DNA of 64,000 nt. Source: Raillietiella orientalis (lineage: Eukaryota). The notes below the pieces were generated by a model. It was not told the DNA's origin. It ran no database searches and saw only the letters and a program-made list of their open reading frames with translations. The stretch spans positions 2,790,001-2,854,000 of the forward strand of contig JAYWIR010000008.1 in assembly GCA_036172245.1 (NCBI GenBank), read 5' to 3'. The position numbers and the translations under genes are program-made. Position 1 is the stretch's first letter; each line of letters opens with the position of its first letter. This document shows, in pieces, positions 9,350-21,700 of the stretch.

Positions 9350-12300
9350 GCATGAGCTCCGTTCCACTGGAACTTCAACTCGCTCTACCAATTGTCGGTG
9401 GGAATTGATTGAGATAAAGGCAGTGAAGAGCGCAAGATGAACTCTTTATCGAAATTGCCCACATCTCACCTTTGGACGAAACCAGAGAAGCTTTCCTTCA
9501 CATGATCCCAGCAGGAGAACCAGCTGAACAATTAGCAAGCTAAAAATGAAGACAGGTTACAAGTACATCCGATTCCATTGAAACGCGCACACACACATGT
9601 ACACCGCTCAAGGATCGGAACTGCCATCCTATATCCGACTGATTTCACGAACTTCAGATGCAAGTGTTTCGTTCGGAGCTGATGATGCACAAGGTGTGTC
9701 GCAACCGTAAGTTGCCTGATGGAATTTCTTGATGGTTTCCGTGGACCGCGTTCAGTGCCATTAGGAAGCTATCGATTACGTCGTCATGTGTACCTTGGTC
9801 TGCACGAGTCAGGTCATCCATTCTCCCTGGTCTCACGGCCAGTTTTTCTGACAGTAACTCGAAGATTCGGAAACCCTGCTATGGACACAGAGAAACTCTC
9901 CAGCCCGACAAGCTCTCCGCGTGCAACTCATCCGAGATGGCATCAACACGCCGGAGCAGTTCCCAAAACGAAACTGCAGCAATTTCGAAGCTTTATTTTC
10001 GTGGTCTGTCTGCCTCCGTTCCAGGACGGGTGGGACATTCAGGGCCAACGTCGACCGCGCAGCATGGCGCTATGCACGAAGAAACGACTGAGAGTCATTA
10101 AAGCAGAATGGTTGGACTCCTTGCTGTTTCCAGCCGCGCGAAGAAGGGGAAATTACCCGCTTTCGCTCCTGATTCGATGGCAGGAAAGTTACGCAGAGGA
10201 AGAAGAGAGACGCGTTGCCGGGATCCAACAAAAGGCATCCCAGCAGCTTCCTGGTGTCGTTGCCTCCTTGCAGAAGAACCGTTTGGATTGCAATTTTCGC
10301 AGGAGACAAAGTGCCTTCATGTGTTTACCTTATTCGGCTGGAACTCTTCACGACTCCAGTCCCACTGATGCTCTCGTTCCTGCCGCCCAGCTTCACGATG
10401 AGAAGTCAGGGCGGAAGGCGAAACCTTTTACGGAAAATGAACTGCTTTTGGCTCGAGCGCTTCTTGTGCCGGCAGCAGCAGCGACGACAGACCTCACTCT
10501 ACAGCTCGGGGTTGCGGTTATCATGCGAAGCGCAAGAACATGAGTTCGATAACGAGCTCCTTAATGAGGTGTTTCATGAAATTCATGACTGGTCAATAAT
10601 CACAAAACATGTCAGCAGAGTGACTTTTTATTCCCCATTACTCTAAGTGCAGGTATGGAATAGCGATACTTATCCATAATTATCTGTCTGTGGTCGATAG
10701 CATTACGGATTTGTAAATACAATAAACCTGCTTGACCTCTTGGTCGTCTTCTTGCCCATAGGTAAGATCAAGACCACCTGAGAGGGTATCCCTCCTTGAG
10801 TACAGTGCACTCCAGACGTCAAGTCCGTCTTGTGAATTGAGAAAATTCGTCTCTTAGCAGCCGCTCGAGTGCAGGCAGTTCTTGTCACCACGGTGAAACA
10901 AAGGCGGACATTCTCGAATGCACTCAGCTAAAATGCGAGTACAGAGCATTACCATAACTAAAAATAAAAGCTAAAACATAATAACTAAAAAATAAAGGCT
11001 GGAGGCGGAATCCAGAGTGGCTGCTGCTGCTACTGGTCAGCTGCCGAATGCTTGCACGGATGCGACTGCGCCCCCATGAAAAAAAAAACTACGTGCTCCA
11101 TCACGCATCGTACGGCGTGCAAACGCAGCAGTACCCAGGCCAACTCTCGGAGTGATGGGGAAGCAAAAGATCTGTCTGCGGATTTATTTTTTTTTGCGTG
11201 ATTATCAGCCAGTCGTGAATTTCATGAAACACGAGCCCGTCATCCCATTCACGTTCTTGCGATCCGCATCGCAGTCACCGTTTCGAGTTGTTGCCATCCG
11301 CAATGGACGGCGGACTTTCCGAACGCGGTCCATGGAAGCCATCAAGAAATTCCATCAGGCAACTTACGGTTGCGACACACCTTGTGCATCATCAGCTCCG
11401 AACGAAACACCTGCAACCGAAGTTCGTGAAATCAGGCAACATCTCCTCCTCGGTGTAGGGAGGGGGGGACGAACGGAGATAATGGGAGAAGTTTCCTGGT
11501 GGAATGGGCATGGATCTCGCACTGCCTTTCACTTTAGCGCTGCCTCTGTGGATATTTTTGTTTTTTGTTTTTTTTTCACCACCACTTTCTTCCAAGGGTT
11601 TAGAAGGGGAACCTGCGTTTCCCGCGACCTAACACCGTAACCTCAGTCGGACCACCGGCGACTCCTCCTCTTTCCTTCCATCGATCCACCCCGAAAAACA
11701 GCACCACCGAATAGAACGTCACTCGCTCACTACCCGCCCACCACTCTACAGATCGCGAAAAATTACGAGAAACTGTCAGTACCTTTTTTCTCTCAAACAG
11801 ACGGCCTCCTGCTCTTCTTTCAAATATATATATATATATAAATATATATATGTTTTCCCATCCCCCCCTCCTCCCCTCTTTCAAAAGCAAAGAGTCCCTG
11901 CTTCAACCTTTTAACACTCGCCGGATGGTCATGGGAACCGAAAGCGATCACTGTACCTTAGCATGGATTCGTGATGCGAAGCGCACGAGATCCGACGGTC
12001 AGCGTGATGATGCACCCAGGAAAAAAATTTATGCGAAACTTCGAGCGGGGAAAAACGGGAAATTATCCAGAGAAATATCAAGGGAAAGGACAAGAAGTTC
12101 AATTCTTCCGCTTATGAAGCAGCGAAAAATGGTCCATTAGGGCAGGCACGATTCTCGGCGGGAAAACATTCATAATTCAGTCGCGGAGGCGGTCGTCAGT
12201 CGGTCTGCTTCCATTGCTTTGCCCCCCTTTAGGAATCATACATAAGCAGGAAGAGACTGAGTGACTGCTTTCCTTCTTCTTCTTTTTTTTTCCCGCTCTC

Positions 12301-13499
12301 CCGCGAAGGAGTCAGCAGACGCGGCTGCGGGCGCATGGCGAAGAGGAAGAGCCAACAGTACGAAAGGTTTTCCCGGGCGTTCCCGATCTTCCGGGGATTT
12401 GCAGAAGAGCACCCGATGCCGCCGCCGACGCGCAGCGTGCTCTGGGAGGGGGCAGAGTTGCGGGCGCCCTTCCGGCCTTGAGGTGGGATGTGCTGCTGGG
12501 GTCCGGAAGGCGCGGGAGGAGAGAACGACCTGGTTCGGGCCACAGAGCAGCTCGTCCGTCACGGAATCACAAAGTCGGCGGCGACCCTGAGAGGTTTTTC
12601 GCGACCCGATGGATCCTAGAACGGGAGGGGGAGGAGGGAGGAAGAAAAAAAATGAAAAGAACAGAAAAGGAAAGGAAAAGCAGCATCCCGTAGGGAAATT
12701 CCAGAACCAAAAGGCTTGCGAGGGCAGAACGCAAATTCGGGAAGGCGAAACCTTCGTAAACCTCCACTAGGGAACACGGGAAAAGAACACGGGAGAGGAA
12801 CGGTTCGCGCCTCTCTGCCGCAGCCTCCCTGGCTTCGCAAGATTTGCCTTCCTTTTCTCGAGGAAGTCGCCATCTTTCTTTGCGGACGCCTCGACGTCAG
12901 AATGGCTCGTTCTTGTGAGATTGTTGTTTTGGAGGAGGGTTGGCAATCGGCAGCGGGAGACTTCCAATGAAATAGAGGGAAGTCCGTCCGGGATAAGCGG
13001 ATTCAGGTCTCGGGGCATCAGCAACCAACATCTCTTGAATCCACAAGATGGGAACCCGACGTGGTGGCTGAAATCGCCGAAGAGGTCATCCAAAACTGCC
13101 TGCGGTGATCTTTTCTGGACGAAGATTCCCGAAGGGAGGCGAGCGTGAAATCTGAAAATGCAAAGCTCCCACGCGGGGGTCCGCAGGAGAGGAAGGCAGA
13201 TCTGTTTCAACTCTGGAGCGAGGCGAGGAGCCTGGCCCGCAGCACCGCCTGACGAACGCGCCTGAGATGCGTCGTCGTCGACGCGAGGCGCATGCCCATG
13301 CAGAAAGGGGGTGGGGTGGGGTGTAGGGGGTATGAAGCGAGAAGGCGTGCAGACCCTGCTTCCAAAAGCATCCGAATCGCCGCCATGGCCCCTGGGGGCT
13401 CTGATGCCCTACACCGTGGCTTCTCGCACGAAATAGGTGGGGGAGAAGGAGCGGACTTAACCGCCGCAGGCTGCTGCGCAGTGAAATGTCAAAGTTTTA

Positions 13500-14230
13500 C
13501 AAGAATGACCTCTTTGCATCGATAAAATAAATTGTTGATAAAACAGCAGCAGACCAGCTCCGGAAAAAAGGAGCAGCTGGGATGCTGGACGGTGCGTCAA
13601 CTGGCTGATACATGCATCCCTGCCGCCTTTTCCGAAGGAATTCTTCGATGGGTAGAGCTCCTGGACATTCCTCCTGAAGAGGCAGCGGAGATACTCCCCG
13701 TATTTGTGGACAGCTCCACGCTTCCTGTGAAGTGGCGGAATTCGGCGTTGCAGTTTCTGCACTGGGCGATCCCGTGCAACGCGCGAGTCCACCACTGGAC
13801 GAGTGTGGCCCCAGACTGTGCCAGGTGCGAAGAAACGGAAAACCTACCCTCTCCCGCTGCTGGATCGCCTTGAACTCCTGAGTGCCCAGGAACGCCTCTC
13901 TGCGATCTTCCCCCTCCCTGGGGACAAACAGCAGGGAGGCCCTGCAGTGCCTCTTCGCGCGATACGCGAAGTCGCCTGCGGCTTCCCTGGCAGCTCCGTG
14001 ATGTCTTCGTGGTGTCGGGTAGGCGAGGAGCCGCGCCGAAAGAGGCCGATCGGACGGTGAGGTCATCCCAATTGCCTGCTCCTTCGCGAGGAAGTCGGAA
14101 AGATAGCCACGTCCCTGCCAACAAAAGGAGGAAGTTGCCAACATCCTCCAGAGGGTGCGGAGGACGCCAAGGAAGAAATATGTTATCCCTTCCCTTCCGT
14201 TCCAACACATTTTTGTGTGTTGGGAGGGAA
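13500..14230 (+). mobile_element. 5'-truncated, decayed L1/Tx1-like non-LTR retrotransposon (ORF2 C-terminus)
   Basis: LPVKWRNSALQFLHWAIPCNARVHHW...DCARCEETENL resembles the zinc-binding C-terminal region. After frameshifts it reads ..EEVANILQRVRRTP. It is homologous to 54616-55098 and to the 19.9-20.1 kb fragment. Confidence 0.7.
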
Positions 14231-14269
14231 CTTTTGTGTGTGCATATGTGTTTTTCTTGTGAAGCGTGT

Positions 14270-15790
14270 GATGCTCGAAGTCTCCGGACGGTCGGCTGGA
14301 GGGTCTCCGCCAGCGCTGCTCTCGACTGCCGATGGCGCCCCATATGATAGTACGACGGGAAAGAGAATGACCCACGCGATTGTGCAAGGCAGTTCCTCAT
14401 CAGTGAGGATGCCGGCTCGAAGGAAATCCCACGGGACGCGTGGGACTGCACCACACTTCGAGCTGCTTCCCAGCATCAGGAGATGTCTCTCTCCCCTCGG
14501 GCTACACTGATCCATCCGTGTTTCCCGCAAAAAGGAGAGGCCTTTGGTTGAAGAAAGGTGGGGCCCTACGTGAGACGGGGGATTCAGAACCGCACATCTT
14601 GAACCACCGTCCAATGAGACACTGTCGTCCTTCGATTCACGGGAACGACGATGCAGTGGACAGTCTGGGAAACGCAACGTCCGCGAGATGGGAAGCTGCA
14701 TCTCAGAAGCCAGCGCGTAGCCAGGGTGACCACTCCGCTGAGCCCAGACCCTGCCCTACGGAGGGGAGACCGGACCATCGTGCTGGACGTGGTAGAACGG
14801 GCAGGGTGCCCTCAGGAACGCCCGAGGAGGAACGGAGACGGTCCACCGTGGGACGTAGACCGGAGGCGGGTGCGCAAGAAAAGTTGCCTGCCTGCAAGTC
14901 CGCGAGGGCTTTCCAGGACTGCGGAGAGTCCCGGCAACGGTGCAGCCCTTCGAGGACGCGGCGCTTCTCCGCCGTGCGCGAAGACGAGGCAACTCGCGGT
15001 CGCCTCAAGCATCCGCCACGGCCGAGACATCCACTGACCCAAGGTCGGGACGCTTCTCGGACGATCCCTGCGAGACAGGATGGGAACCGGGCGACTCGGC
15101 CGTGCGGGATGATGATGAAGATGGCAATGAATCCTGGCAGGAGAAGGATGAGGAGCACGCGAAGACGTACCACGTGGCATGCGCGAAGCCAAGACGAGAA
15201 AGAGGAAAGCGTGGCTCCGCCCAGCGACGCCGAAAGATCGCCTGATGCAAGACCCACGGGCGCGCCAGCTCGCCGGATGCTCCGCGAACATTCCATTGAT
15301 CGATCATGCGGCATTCCTAGCTCCTTGCGGAGAAGAAATCTTTCCGTTGGCTCCGCGTCCACATTTGCCCCATCCTTTGAATCCCAGGAGATCTGCCACC
15401 ACTTCCAATGACTGTCTAGAAGAGGCCACTCCGCTTGGCTCCATTAAGGAGGCTTGTGTGTCTGAACCAGAGGTCAAAGACTTCAATCATCTGGATTGCG
15501 GATATTCGTCCTTGTTCATCTGACCTCTCTCCGACAATTTCAGAGAACCGTCCGGAAATCACCAGTGCTTTGGTGCCTCAGATCGGTCGACTTCCGCGGG
15601 CGACACGGCCGTGGTGATTTCTCTTTGATCCGAATGCTGAAGGAAGTGAAGACCCGGACCGCACTCGGGTAGAGGATGGGGCGAAGGCGAGGTGCGGTGT
15701 TTCCTTTTTTTTGTTTTTTGGGCAGCCAACCGGTTTCAACTTGTTCTGCCACACGCGCCGCCTTCTACGTGGTCGGCGACAAATAAATAT
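14270..15790 (+). mobile_element. Decayed non-LTR element: possible ORF1-like part (14.3-15.2 kb) followed by an ORF2 C-terminal fragment and 3' end (15.23-15.79 kb)
   Basis: ORF 15179-15523 (RARQLAG..EEIFPL..ACVSEPEVKDFNHLDCG) aligns by eye with ORF 13532-13873 and has a degenerate CCHC. The 3' end has a GGCAG..CTGCC hairpin and AATAAA at ~15782, like the 54.4 kb copy. The ORF1 assignment is weak. Confidence 0.4.
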
Positions 15791-16489
15791 ATGCACTCAA
15801 CATAGATTCATAAACAAATTTGTTTCAATATACATAGTTTTTCATATTTATCAACATACATATTATCAGCAGTCAAATTATTGGGGCAGATATACAGAAG
15901 CTGGGAACAAACAATAGGCACATACATTTGTTTTTCATAATCTTCATAATACATATTAACTTACACGTTAATCTTTATATAAATGCATGTATATAATGAG
16001 CATACACACTTATTTTTTATAATCTTTAGTATATACATGGACAATATAATCAGCAACTCATTGATTTTGTTGCCAAAGTGGGTGGCACCGAATCTTAATA
16101 AATATATCTGTTCCAACAGTATTACTGTTGATAAATAACCATGCACATGAAAATAAATCTGCCTATGAGCTTAAACAGAACAAGCGCACACGTGTTTCTT
16201 TCTGGTGTTCGTTATGGTCTTTCGGGAGTTTGCACCACACCCACTGAAGACAGAGGCTTTATGCAAAAGGTGAACGAGGTAGGCATCCATCCTCTTGCAT
16301 GGCAGAGAACCTCCTCCCGCTGCCTGACGCAGGCGAGATGACAGGGAAAAATCTGAAGTCAGAGGAACGCTGCAACCACTGCCACACAGCCCTGATCTAC
16401 TGAGACCACCTCCTTCTGGTCTCGAGCGGATGAAGAGTTTGGAGGTCGAGCTTCTCGGAGAGCGAGGTAGTGAGGCCAGCACTGCAGGT

Positions 16490-16494
<5 letters not shown>

Positions 16495-16523
<29 letters not shown>
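16495..16523. repeat. (CT)n microsatellite, ~14 units
   Basis: Directly visible. Confidence 0.95.
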
Positions 16524-16527
<4 letters not shown>

Positions 16528-18897
16528 GCACAGAACCCTTTTTTCCTGCCGGAACGTAGAAGTTAGCGGAGAGGCGAGGCAAACGAATAGAAGAAGAGTG
16601 TGAGTGCTGATGGTGGCGATCTTGACTGTTTTTCTCATATTCTTTCGAACAAGGAAGGCGAAGCTTGCCTTTTCCATCTGCCCCTGAGCGCGAGCCGTAA
16701 TGCGTCTTCGGTGGAAGATGGAGAGATGGCAGGATTGTTTCCTGGAAGCGGAAGATTTCACTCGCGGAGGAAGCGCGGCTTCTGTGCACCAGGATTCAGT
16801 TTCTTACCGGGAGGTGCTGGAGAAAGACATCCTACGAAGCAGAGCGAGCGGCACGGTCTGCCAAACAAATGGAGGGTTCGGACGTTCTCATTTCTGCAGC
16901 CTTTTTAGCGCCCAACAAGAGAGCACCTCTGCTGATCCAGAAGGGGCACGTGGAAGCAACGGAATCCTGGCTCCGTTGTGGTTGACGCTGTGGTTGCTGG
17001 AGCGGAGGGGCAATGGGAAAGCCACAACCTCAGCCGTCAGCACGCGAGTGACGTCTAACGCCTTGCGACAAACCCTTTGAAAACGGCCGACCTACAGAAC
17101 CGCTTTTCTTGACACATAGTGTCTTGTCAGTGCCTCCTCAGTCGAGGAATTCGTTTGTTTGTTTGTCTGTTTGCTACTCGGAAGGGTTTCTCCTTCACCA
17201 AGTTAAATAATAAATGAAATGTATTTTAATTTTTCTTTTTGTCTCCAGATGAACGAATAAATACACCGCCGTTTTGACTCTTAGGGTATATTTTATATTT
17301 TCCATAAATATCATCGCATCATCCACGCACAACCCATAGCACTCGTACAGTGTAGAAGGTACCTCCCGTGTTATACAGAGGCCTGCTGTATCCCTAATAA
17401 TAACGTATTGCACTCTTCTGACACGATAGAAACAAAAACCGGGTGTTGAGGAATTTCTCATTAGAACCTTCTTTAAAATCTCATTTACCGGATGAGCGCA
17501 TTCCGTGATCATTATAAAAGGAGTGAGACCCACTAATCTGAAAGGAGTGCATATGCACCGAATAGGTAATTGCTTTTTTTTTTTTTTTTCTTGTAGGTAA
17601 TCAAACGAAGAACGTCTCCAGTGAGTGCGCTCCGTTCATCATAGGTAAGTGTGTGGCCGATTCCGAAGATTCCGATGTACCATACATAGACAGAGCGCTT
17701 TCTTCCGGTGCATCGCAAGACCGCGGGACTCGGCTGCAAGCAGCGAAGTCAGAGAGGAGGCAACAGCGACGAGCTGTTTGAGCATCGGCAAAGAATTCGC
17801 GAAGGGATGGCAGTTCTCACTCCAGAGATTTTATTCACGCAGAAGGAGCGTGTGTTTTCCAGGTGCCGCTGGTTTGGAGGTCAGCTGGTATCAGCGTACT
17901 ATATTGTAGCTTATTTTAGGTCAGTTGCTGCTGAGATATCGTGTCACTCTCCTCTGCCTCAATAACGTTGACTCCATAGACGTTTCCTTTATTGAGGACA
18001 AATTGCACTTGACAGAAATGGCCAAAGTGGAAAGAAACGAGGAAATTAAAATTTCCTAAAGTCGAGAGGAGAAGGGGAGGAAAGGGGGGCTGGGGTGGAA
18101 AAGCGGCGAAATCATATGAGATCCGTCACAGAAATCTGCAACAAACGCCGCTTCTTCTAGAAGTGGAATCAATGCAAGGACATCTAAGTGACAAAAGAGC
18201 ACTTGAACTAGAGGTGCCTTTTCTTGGGGTACTCAGCATGCTAATCCGGTTCTTGAAGGAGTAACCTCGTTCAGTTCTTATAGCCGACATGCAGTGCTAA
18301 AAGATGATGACCGCGGATTTTGTAGCTGAGGATAATGCAGGCGTTTCTTGCAACCACAATCAACAGAACCATCAGAAGGGTCCATTTTCTGTTGCGATGG
18401 CACACGCTAGAAAGTTCAGTGCCATAAAGTCCTATCTGATGAGTTATCTCGCAGGCACAGATTCTCTGAGTATTGTGACCAGAGAAGCAAACGGCACAAA
18501 ATGCTTGGTGAATTGGGGACTTTGGTACGGCCGCGTCAGTATTTACTTCCCTTAATAGAGGAATCGTGGGATCCGAACATGGGCGTTTCAGCCTCTCGGC
18601 ACCCGCAAGACACCGATCGATAGCTCTGAAATTTGATCCTTTTCCAGACCGATTATGAATCTGTCGATCCACTTCGAAGCAGGGCGTGAGAGCAGCATCC
18701 GCTCGTCTTAGTGAAGGATGCTCCGGTCATCTTTAGAAATGTCGCAGAAATCAAAGGTTTGAAGATCACACGGCTTTCTATGTGGCATCGAAGGAAGAGG
18801 CCGCACGCAGCGCAGAGGCAGAGGCGAATGAGCTGGAGCAAGATGCAGAGAAGGGGAGGAGCTGAGTAAAAAGAAGACTCGACACAAAGTCTTCACC

Positions 18898-19749
18898 CGT
18901 TCGGGGCAGCGCTCCCCTCTCCATGAGAAGATTTCCGATCGAAGTTTCCAGTTTTAGGGCGTGTCACGGATCAGGGCAAGGGTTTTCCAAAGTTCCCAAG
19001 TGCAATAAGAGACGCTTTAGACGTTTTCTGTCTGTGATGTACTGGATTTTGATCTTTGGAACGTCACATCAGCTTCAGTTTCTTGACAGTAGCACTCTAC
19101 TTTATTGAGATTGAGATTGCATTTCGAGTTGGTTCTTTCCTCTTCAAGGCTGGAGGAAGCGGAGTTCATTTGAGGGATACCAATCGTTCCTTGAGGGGTT
19201 CCCGTTTTCAGCGCGTTCCTGGTGTCTACGCTAGACTTCCCAGACGCCAGCAAAGCGGAACTCTGGCGAACATGAGGACAAGCACTTCTTGGCAGTGATG
19301 AAGGTGCTGTACTTTCAGCTGAAGAGCGCGCGCTGCATTCATTTCTGTACTTCTAAACTGACTCAGCGCCTTGAGCGGTTTGTGCATCCGTTGTCGGATG
19401 GGAAGCGTTTCGACCACAGTCGGACAAGAATTCCTGCAAATTCAGAAGGACTCGTACCAACTCGGATTCGGAATCGAATTCTGCCGATTTGCCTCCTTTC
19501 GGTTCGGAGGTGGAGGCGCTCTCCTGTTGCCAGGTGCTGAAAAATTGGATACCGATCATCAGTCCGAAGACTTGCCATTTGCGTAAAATCCATTGCTGAC
19601 AACGCACATTCATTTCGGAGCGATGTTACTACAGAGGCTGCACTTTCTTATGGCACTCACGTCGCTGTGAGAATCTGTGGTTAACGATGCGTTCGGGGCA
19701 GCGTTCCCCTCCTATCGAAGCTTCCAGTTTTAGGGCGTGTCACGGATCA
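18898..19749. repeat. Pair of ~60-75 bp direct repeats (18898-18973, 19690-19749) flanking ~715 bp
   Basis: Both copies share CGTTCGGGGCAGCG(C/T)TCCCCT...ATCGAAG(T/C)TTCCAGTTTTAGGGCGTGTCACGGATCA. The first copy has a ~16-nt insertion. Confidence 0.85.
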
Positions 19750-19765
19750 ATGGATCATTATTCTA

Positions 19766-20113
19766 GGCATTTATTACTTAAAGTAATAAAAACACATGTT
19801 GTGACACGCGCGATGAACCTGCCAAAGAGCGGTGCGCAGACCGGCGAGGTCCGCTCCGGCAGCGTGGGGGAAGGGAAAACAAAAACAAAACAAACAAAAC
19901 GGGGGAGGGGAATTTATATACGGGGAGGAGGGGAGGGGAAAACCGAGTAAGTGATGAGAGTACGCTTCCCGGAGTCCTCTGCATCCTGTCCAGGATGCCG
20001 GCAAGTTCCATCCGGATATCGCCCAGGTGGGGCCATCTCGAGGTGGTCCTCAGGAAGATACGAGCCCAGTGGATGACCTCCCTGCCATTCCGACCCTCTT
20101 CTCCAGGCTGCAT
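19766..20113 (-). mobile_element. L1/Tx1-like non-LTR retrotransposon, 3' tail fragment
   Basis: REVIHWARIFLRTTSRWPHLGDIRMELAGILDRMQRTP matches ..FMRIMSRWPHLGTVKQDLACILTRMQRTP at 54.6 kb. The 3' UTRs are homologous, and this copy ends AATAAATGCC. Confidence 0.75.
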
Positions 20114-20159
20114 TATCCTAGGATGATGGGAAACCCTTTGGGTTCTTCTGTCTCGCTGC

Positions 20160-20697
20160 TATCTTTCCAACCTCTTTTTTTTTTCTTTCGAATTTTCTTT
20201 TTTAGGGTTTGCTACGTATCCAAGAACCGTTCCCCTAAGGGCTCACGAAGCTCTTTCACACTGCTCCATGCCACCCGAGGGTGCGTGTATTAACTCTTCA
20301 AGTTATAGGGGTACCCCGGAGGAGCCACCCTATGAATCCGGGAGGGCTCCCCGAAGGGAGCAACGCCCTTCCGAAATCCTGGAGAGGCAACTCCTGAGGA
20401 GAAGGACGGCTCCATTTTCACAACCAGTGTGGAACCGTCTCCTTGGTTCCTGGAAGGAGCCCGGAGGGTCAGCTTCCAATTCCGGCCAGTCAATGGTCAG
20501 CAGGGGCATCCGGGGGTTTCCGGCTTCCACCGGTGCCGTACCCGAGACCCGTGGGTCAACCAGTGTCATCCTGAGGGAGGTACTCGAAACCTACGACCAG
20601 ACCCCCACTCTCGGCGTCGATCCTCCACTTGGAGATTCGAACCCGCAGCTCTTGGTTCCATCATGCGCGGAGACTTCAGCCACTCGACCGCCAACGC
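20160..20697 (-). mobile_element. tRNA-derived SINE, copy 1 (~540 bp)
   Basis: The minus strand begins GCGTTGGCGGTCGAGTGG (A-box-like), has GGTTCGAATCT (B box, 20633-20643) and ends in an A-rich tail at ~20160-20200. The head aligns with 54222-54310. The body aligns with 55430-55920 and 61600-62400. Confidence 0.72.
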
Positions 20698-20999
20698 GGG
20701 CAGAGATTACTGGTCCAAAATAAATAAAAGTCTGTTCGTAAACCTAAACTATTTTTTTTTGTTTTTGCTTTAAATACGGAATTTTTCCAACACGAAGACA
20801 TCGGAACTTGAACTCACCCTTTCGACACGAATTCCGTCTATTCTATTCTCTTTGGTCTTTTCGTGGTTCTTTGTAGTCGGACTCCAGATGAAGTCCCCGG
20901 CCGCGAGCTACGTGCGCCCTCTGGAAGTTTATCGTTGTGCTCTCGGAATGAAGTGGACGAAGATTCCCCAAAACTCAGGCGAAGTGCCATCCCATATAC

Positions 21000-21700
21000 G
21001 CAGTTCACTTGACCTTTGATGGAATTCCAGCCATCAATGGGTCATCCCACTTTTCCGGGTCGCCTGAGGAACGTCTCGATAACTGGCCCTGGATCTGACA
21101 AGCGTCCATTTTACTCATCGGAAAGACTACACGACCATCTCTAGAAACTTGAAGTGCTGGACAGATTCTTTCTTTCTTCTGGCACTGTGAAAATGCTGCA
21201 AATGTTTCCAGAACCGGCTCTGAGCAACAAGGGAAAGGGATCTGCAAGGATTCCTGGGCGACGTAATGAACCCTATGATGACAGAAGGGAGCAGCGGCAG
21301 CTGAGGTTGAACTTGAGGATTTCCAGAAGGTCCCTCAATCTTCCCGCAATTCATTGATCCGCTTTCCACAGTACCTGCTTGCATTTTCAGTCCCAAATCT
21401 GCCCTGATCAGAGATTGAGAAACAGTTGATTCGGTGCTGTGCGGTAGGTGCCACCGCAGTCGTGGGAAACAGGTGCATCATAATTGGGACAATCGGGCAA
21501 AGCAGGAAAGTAACGGTTCCAGCACGAAAGAAGGCTGCATCTAGGGAAATCTGGCCCCGCCGAGCTCGGAGGACGAGGACGAGATCGGAACCCCGGAAGA
21601 AGCACGCAGAGGACCACTACGATCCGGCCGAGAATTCAACAGGAGGAAAAGTATGAAGATGCACACGCGACTACGGAGGCGGCCGAGTCCTCATGGCAAT
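21000..21700 (+). mobile_element. Possible decayed Ty3/gypsy-like gag fragment
   Basis: Motif SSHFSGSPEERLDNW (21045-21086) resembles the gag N-terminal 'FSG....dW' motif. Multiple stops and frameshifts are present, and no LTRs were found. Confidence 0.25.

Noticed and set aside
9719..10543. Orthomyxovirus PA assignment based on VSRPVFLTV
   Set aside because: It is a single short motif with inconsistent spacing to other PA motifs, so it is not supportable without a search.
19766..20720. Twin-priming 5' inversion of a LINE
   Set aside because: The apparently inverted segment turned out to be a separate tRNA-headed SINE, co-oriented with the LINE tail.
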